A DNA stretch of 64,000 nt from Balanoglossus misakiensis (taxonomy: Eukaryota > Animalia > Hemichordata): assembly GCA_040954595.2 (NCBI GenBank), contig CM082593.2, forward strand, positions 7,848,043 to 7,912,042, in the 5' to 3' direction. Position numbers and translations under genes: made by a program. This document shows, one piece after another, positions 63,001 to 64,000 of this stretch. Position 1 is the stretch's first letter, and each line of letters opens with the position of its first letter. The notes beneath the pieces are model-generated. The model made no database searches, was not told the DNA's origin, and saw nothing but the letters and a program-made list of their open reading frames with translations.

Positions 63001-64000
63001 AAATATGCAAATTTCACCACAACTTTAAGAAAAATGTACTAAATTCAACCCTGGGAACCTGCATATCAAATTCAAAGCAATACGGCCAGTGGTTTCAGAT
63101 AAGATTTGTTTTACCAAAAACGGGAAACATTCCTGTTGTACCTGTTGTTGTTGTACTGGTAAAGGGTGTAGCTCTTCTTGTGGTGATGATATTGACTCTC
63201 CTCGTTTGGCTTCATTTTCTGATGTTGCTTCTTGTTTCTCTTCTTTTCCATTTTCTGTTACGGCTGCAGTTTCCAGATGCTTATTGGTGCCAACTTCATT
63301 TGTTGCTAGCTCTCCTGATTGGACAGTTGCTCCTTGTGTAACTGACATAGTATGCATAGGTGTGGACGTCTGTGCATCTCCATTTTCCTCACTATTATTT
63401 GTAGCTGTTTCTTCTTTATGTTTCCAGGTTGTGACGGTAGTCGGTCCAATCAATGAAGGTACTGCTGTGTACCTACAGAACGGCCCTCTTTCTCCTTCAA
63501 TCCACAAGTAATATTCTACTAATGGTGGACATTCTACTTCAGGTTTTAGTACATTTACTCTTTCTTTCACAGTTTCAGATGATTGGGGAACTTGAACTTC
63601 AACTTGGTACTTAGTAGGTTGCTGAATATGGTCCTGCTGTGGATTTCCAATTTGCTGCTGTTGAAGTTCTTGATGCTGTGTTCCCTGAGGATAAACTGGT
63701 CGAGTTGATTGTCCAACTACAGTTTCTTCGGTGATGCCTTCTTCCTGTTGTACACTTTTCTGAGGAGATGATTCTGTCTGTTGTACCTCTTGACTCTCCA
63801 CAGTTTTTTGCTGAGTTTCCAGTGTTTGCTGCCCTTGTGTCTTCACACCTGCCTGATCGAGAGGTGGTTGATGTCCATCCACAGTCTGTAACTGAGTGCC
63901 CTGTGCCTGTCTCTGTTCTGGTTCTAGTACACCACTCTGATCACTTGAAACTTGCAGAGTTTCCAAAGATGGCAACTGGGTGTTCTGTGACGGCTGTTGA
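13475..64000 (-). CDS. RNF213: RNF213/mysterin-like giant AAA+ ATPase / E3 ubiquitin ligase, partial multi-exon gene (35 exons in window; 5' and 3' parts outside)
   Basis: 35 GT-AG exons join with matching phases into one open frame of about 8.1 kb. Peptides match recalled RNF213 motifs: LKVFVDLAMISAGE, ESHGSVE, LPSYDEVLICTP, AGVGKS, DFATPSL, WESSPHPYIFF, YELTTDN, CGIPVIVMGETGCGKTRL, VHGGTT, LFFDEANTTEAI, AACNPYR. Orthologue versus paralogue not determinable. Confidence 0.95.
14348..14474 (-). CDS. RNF213: RNF213-like exon w34 (Walker A: CGIPVIVMGETGCGKTRL)
   Basis: gcacag| ... |gtgagt; 127 nt, phase 2 to 0. Confidence 0.95.
14640..15201 (-). mobile_element. HINE family B, short subfamily copy
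   Basis: Both termini present; close match to 57165-57798. Confidence 0.78.
15525..15656 (-). CDS. RNF213: RNF213-like exon w33 (DPDDTYELTTDNVKKILAIHMRF)
   Basis: caacag| ... |gtaggt; 132 nt, phase 2 to 2. Confidence 0.93.
15835..15986. mobile_element. 152-bp hAT-like MITE with 5-bp TSD
   Basis: CAGTGGTTTTG ... CAAAACACTG; GCGAG duplicated at 15830-15834 and 15987-15991. Confidence 0.7.
16145..16546. repeat. Dispersed repeat, second copy at about 49751-50130, with an identical 111-bp core
   Basis: 16317-16427 is identical to 49927-50037; flanking blocks are similar but clearly diverged. Confidence 0.85.
16968..17381. mobile_element. MITE with GGCC termini and TTA TSD (PIF/Harbinger- or Zator-like)
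   Basis: GGCCGGAGAAAAAAAAACTTGTTCATC versus inverted GGCCAGGAAGGAAAAATAAATTGTTCATC; TTA on both flanks. Confidence 0.7.
17863..18057 (-). CDS. RNF213: RNF213-like exon w32 (PHPYIFFHHDHMSMTFLGF)
   Basis: ctgtag| ... |gtaagt; 195 nt, phase 2 to 2. Confidence 0.93.
18223..18401. mobile_element. Tc1/mariner(pogo)-like MITE
   Basis: TA-(T)AGTCAAACCT ... AGGTTTTACTG-TA; internal GGCCACCT repeats. Confidence 0.65.
18625..18755 (-). CDS. RNF213: RNF213-like exon w31 (DFATPSL...LRRRWES)
   Basis: tatcag| ... |gtgaga; 131 nt, phase 0 to 2; different frame from the listed ORF. Confidence 0.92.
19579..20962. mobile_element. Probable old TIR element with inverted GCGGG(T/C)C subterminal arrays
   Basis: TATTTTGCGGGTCAGCGGG... 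near 19590 mirrored by ...CCCGCACTGACCCGCACAATAG near 20890-20953; TSD not recognisable. Confidence 0.45.
21300..21879. mobile_element. EnSpm/CMC-like non-autonomous element
   Basis: TA-CACAGGGAA ... TTCCCTGTG-TA; repeated CATCCCTGTACCAG motifs in both orientations. Confidence 0.7.
22009..22756. mobile_element. Hairpin-ended non-autonomous element; inverted, truncated copy at about 12440-13002
   Basis: About 120-bp GC-rich imperfect palindrome at 22009-22128; inverted motifs TTATCATATGCCT (about 22132) and AGGCATATGATAA (about 22743); body is reverse-complement-similar to 12440-13002. Confidence 0.65.
22835..23009 (-). CDS. RNF213: RNF213-like exon w30 (CGMDKPSWAELSHFVWFLNEQL)
   Basis: tttcag| ... 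|gtcagc; 175 nt, phase 2 to 0. Confidence 0.93.
23910..25168 (-). mobile_element. HINE family B copy
   Basis: TAGCGTCAAGGACACTGTGGTCCCATT ... CCAATGGGACCTAA; body matches 42158-43611. Confidence 0.8.
25551..25722 (-). CDS. RNF213: RNF213-like exon w29 (EFRSAAFQRAYQYL)
   Basis: tttcag| ... |gtaagt; 172 nt, phase 1 to 2. Confidence 0.92.
26035..26155 (-). CDS. RNF213: RNF213-like exon w28 (LPTVTCRSPRE)
   Basis: ttacag| ... |gtaagc; 121 nt, phase 0 to 1. Confidence 0.88.
27425..27601 (-). CDS. RNF213: RNF213-like exon w27 (FLFNMLVLG...DLYVIEI)
   Basis: ccgtag| ... |gtatta; 177 nt, phase 0 to 0. Confidence 0.9.
28024..28258 (-). CDS. RNF213: RNF213-like exon w26 (P-loop VTSTRAGVGKS; IFHFDITP)
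   Basis: tcacag| ... |gtaagt; 235 nt, phase 2 to 0; Walker A-like motif. Confidence 0.93.
28663..29012. mobile_element. Foldback Kolobok-like MITE; one-armed copy at about 14146-14337
   Basis: TTAA on both flanks; AG...CT termini; about 130-bp imperfect TIRs (GACAAAGTCTCTCTCTCGCTGCCC...). Confidence 0.8.
29221..29416 (-). CDS. RNF213: RNF213-like exon w25 (YKLVILCSHERE)
   Basis: ttacag| ... |gtaaga; 196 nt, phase 1 to 2. Confidence 0.9.
29460..30216. repeat. About 750-bp polypyrimidine (CT-rich) low-complexity tract
   Basis: Almost entirely C/T on the plus strand; fills most of intron 29417-30245. Confidence 0.95.
30246..30390 (-). CDS. RNF213: RNF213-like exon w24 (LLWRRA...IYCLVNADRLDYEV)
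   Basis: tactag| ... |gtacat; 145 nt, phase 0 to 1. Confidence 0.9.
30760..30897. repeat. Degenerate (TTAC/TTAT)n microsatellite
   Basis: Direct reading. Confidence 0.8.
30921..31027 (-). CDS. RNF213: RNF213-like exon w23 (ALSIYM...LPSYDEVLICTPNTTLEE)
   Basis: ctacag| ... |gtaaat; 107 nt, phase 1 to 0. Confidence 0.92.
31627..31701 (-). CDS. RNF213: RNF213-like exon w22 (RPFPSYLSPGKPNLIV)
   Basis: ttttag| ... |gtaagc; 75 nt, phase 1 to 1. Confidence 0.85.
32034..32158 (-). CDS. RNF213: RNF213-like exon w21 (LIEKLQELW...YLSLEHLGYTL)
   Basis: cttaag| ... |gtaagt; 125 nt, phase 2 to 1. Confidence 0.85.
32643..33595 (-). CDS. RNF213: RNF213-like exon w20 (EGNILFSKW...LNYYTTEQLVIL; includes UBA-like insert)
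   Basis: tatcag| ... |gtgagt; 953 nt, phase 0 to 2. Confidence 0.9.
35288..35449 (-). CDS. RNF213: RNF213-like exon w19 (LESKLMLVAGK...VERFTE)
   Basis: tgtcag| ... |gtgagt; 162 nt, phase 0 to 0. Confidence 0.9.
35933..36076 (-). CDS. RNF213: RNF213-like exon w18 (FEWLKGVKESHGSVETSSL)
   Basis: ttccag| ... |gtaaaa; 144 nt, phase 0 to 0. Confidence 0.9.
38054..38166. repeat. (CATA)n/(CA)n microsatellite
   Basis: Direct reading. Confidence 0.95.
38392..38609 (-). CDS. RNF213: RNF213-like exon w17 (LKVFVDLAMISAGETDLEVDRV)
   Basis: ttccag| ... |gtgagt; 218 nt, phase 1 to 0; hallmark RNF213 motif. Confidence 0.93.
39369..39528 (-). CDS. RNF213: RNF213-like exon w16 (RGDDFKDRRL...FVEWLRKEIK)
   Basis: ttatag| ... 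|gtatgt; 160 nt, phase 0 to 1. Confidence 0.85.
40072..40655 (-). CDS. RNF213: RNF213-like exon w15 (SIIFQELW...RIQQIAQY...LTGNF)
   Basis: ttccag| ... |gtaagt; 584 nt, phase 1 to 0. Confidence 0.9.
41583..41918 (-). CDS. RNF213: RNF213-like exon w14
   Basis: ttccag| ... |gtatga; 336 nt, phase 1 to 1. Confidence 0.85.
42158..43611 (-). mobile_element. HINE family B, full-length copy
   Basis: Reverse-complement-similar to 54431-55870 along its length; both termini present. Confidence 0.8.
44352..44544 (-). CDS. RNF213: RNF213-like exon w13 (YGALLSHLLEKSWP...HVLTWTPF)
   Basis: taatag| ... |gtacat; 193 nt, phase 0 to 1. Confidence 0.85.
44876..44992 (-). CDS. RNF213: RNF213-like exon w12 (LTNIQKVKLYC...AFGAVEEISK)
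   Basis: caacag| ... |gtgtgt; 117 nt, phase 0 to 0. Confidence 0.75.
45590..45688 (-). CDS. RNF213: RNF213-like exon w11 (VWHQLLSVKF...)
   Basis: tttaag| ... |gtaagt; 99 nt, phase 0 to 0. Confidence 0.8.
45869..46202 (-). CDS. RNF213: RNF213-like exon w10
   Basis: cttaag| ... |gtaagt; 334 nt, phase 2 to 0. Confidence 0.8.
46581..46836. mobile_element. Palindromic PIF/Harbinger-like MITE
   Basis: TAA TSD; AGGCCGCCGCACACGAGAGAAATCAGCTGAGCAAAACG is perfectly inverted at the other end; each arm is itself a hairpin. Confidence 0.85.
47274..47350 (-). CDS. RNF213: RNF213-like exon w9 (DMATLKNIMEQTVLNIRTYLKSGSE)
   Basis: tcccag| ... |gtgagt; 77 nt, phase 0 to 2; needed to bridge the phases of w8 and w10. 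Confidence 0.75.
49229..49436 (-). CDS. RNF213: RNF213-like exon w8 (LFVVDKLLARS)
   Basis: tcttag| ... |gtatgt; 208 nt, phase 2 to 0. Confidence 0.85.
50661..54270 (+). mobile_element. Helentron-type non-autonomous element (HINE/DINE-1-like) family A, head-to-tail dimer
   Basis: 5' TT + 14-bp-stem hairpin TACGGGCCCAAGCC...GGCTTGGGCCCGTA, (TTTC)n, core, tandem array, 3' subTIR GCTTGGGCCCG + hairpin GCTGC-TT-GCAGC + TTT. Unit 1 ends about 53156; unit 2 (about 53157-54270) is offset by about 2384. Confidence 0.8.
51681..53005 (+). repeat. 237-bp tandem repeat, about 5.6 units, inside the family A element
   Basis: CCATAATGAAAAGC recurs at 51873, 52110, 52347, 52584 and 52821 (exact 237 spacing). 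Confidence 0.95.
54431..55870 (+). mobile_element. Helentron-type non-autonomous element family B, full-length copy
   Basis: TT + AGGTCCCAT...ATGGGACCT stem-loop, (GGAT/GTAT)n, AT-rich degenerate repeats, 3' subTIR AATGGGACC + hairpin AGTGTC-CTT-GACACT + T-run. Confidence 0.8.
56229..56702 (-). mobile_element. Diverged 3' fragment of HINE family A (another 3' fragment at about 41020-41204, +)
   Basis: AATTAAAGCTGCAAGCAGCATTG terminus plus degenerate 237-bp-like units. Confidence 0.65.
57165..57798 (-). mobile_element. HINE family B, short subfamily copy (further partial copies at about 59936-60358, 26300-27000, 47471-47820)
   Basis: Both termini present; expanded (CATA/CATC)n. Confidence 0.78.
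57820..58173 (-). mobile_element. 5' fragment of a family A-related HINE
   Basis: Hairpin AGGGGCCCAAGCGCC...GGCGCATGGGCCCCT-AA at about 58138-58173, GAA-rich microsatellite, and core similar to 50820-50940 reversed. Confidence 0.6.
58190..58396 (-). CDS. RNF213: RNF213-like exon w7 (LCLPILHFL...KWWGLESL)
   Basis: ccaaag| ... |gtatag; 207 nt, phase 2 to 2. Confidence 0.85.
58727..58986 (-). CDS. RNF213: RNF213-like exon w6 (VLYDYLAPKL...FPSIQER)
   Basis: ctatag| ... |gtgatt; 260 nt, open, phase 0 to 2; not in the ORF track. Confidence 0.8.
59270..59930 (+). mobile_element. Hairpin-bearing repeat family; other copies at 23679-23909 (+) and about 38868-38973 (-)
   Basis: Shared TTAAGCAATAACCCCCGCC...GGTACAATTCGAGACATATAGCACGAGCC...AATTGTACC hairpin; 59270 and 23679 copies also share the end CCAATCAGAATGGCGGA...ATAATAAAAT. 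Confidence 0.7.
59399..59505. mobile_element. 107-bp fully palindromic MITE with 9-bp TSD (MULE-like)
   Basis: CAATCTGATTAAAATCAGATGTAGGGAA ... TTCCCTACATCTGATTTTAATCAGATTG; ACCCGACTG at 59390-59398 and 59506-59514. Confidence 0.85.
60518..60813 (-). CDS. RNF213: RNF213-like exon w5 (GVWNRYDDVI...)
   Basis: attcag| ... |gtaagt; 296 nt, phase 1 to 0. Confidence 0.85.
61202..61401 (-). CDS. RNF213: RNF213-like exon w4 (CBM20-like, LIEGTLYV...MEYKYYV)
   Basis: atacag| ... |gtaact; 200 nt, phase 2 to 1. Confidence 0.85.
61614..61841 (-). CDS. RNF213: RNF213-like exon w3 (start of CBM20-like domain, TMTIHFSAWVSPTFGYNP)
   Basis: ttgcag| ... |gtaagt; 228 nt, phase 2 to 2. Confidence 0.85.
62362..62465 (-). 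CDS. RNF213: RNF213-like exon w2 (ESKDGKWYNK...ERKMEK)
   Basis: ttttag| ... |gtaagc; 104 nt, phase 0 to 2. Confidence 0.75.
63142..64000 (-). CDS. RNF213: RNF213-like exon w1 (Q/E/T-rich low-complexity N-terminal region; open to window edge)
   Basis: ORF 63025..63975 stays open to 64000; donor CAG|GTACAA, phase 0, matches the next exon. The ORF tail beyond the donor runs into repeat sequence. Confidence 0.7.

Noticed and set aside
63473-63537. Possible 65-nt GT-AG intron inside exon w1
   Set aside because: Length is not a multiple of 3 and the frame is open through it.

Overview
Eukaryotic (animal) genomic DNA, AT-rich and intron-rich; the repeat repertoire suggests a marine invertebrate (inference only). 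Positions 13475-64000 hold part of one large minus-strand gene, an RNF213/mysterin-like giant AAA+ ATPase/E3 ligase. I assembled 35 GT-AG exons by hand into one phase-consistent frame of about 8.1 kb (about 2,700 aa): Q/E-rich N-terminus, CBM20-like domain, helical stalk with an apparent UBA-like insert, then AAA modules (GVGKS, GETGCGKT, LFFDE). The gene start lies beyond 64000 and the next expected exon was not found, so 1-13474 appears to be intron. That intron holds a transposon stack: an old LINE remnant split by a complete, very young Gypsy LTR retrotransposon (1025-10788; 1447-bp LTRs, CATA TSD, single 1971-aa gag-pol ORF) and by a TTAA-flanked Kolobok-like element. Removing both inserts restores the LINE reading frame. 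Other introns carry two families of Helentron-type (HINE/DINE-1-like) elements, one with a 237-bp tandem array, plus several MITEs, hairpin-ended elements, a long CT tract and a 111-bp block that is identical in two otherwise diverged repeats. All calls are by eye; no database searches were run.
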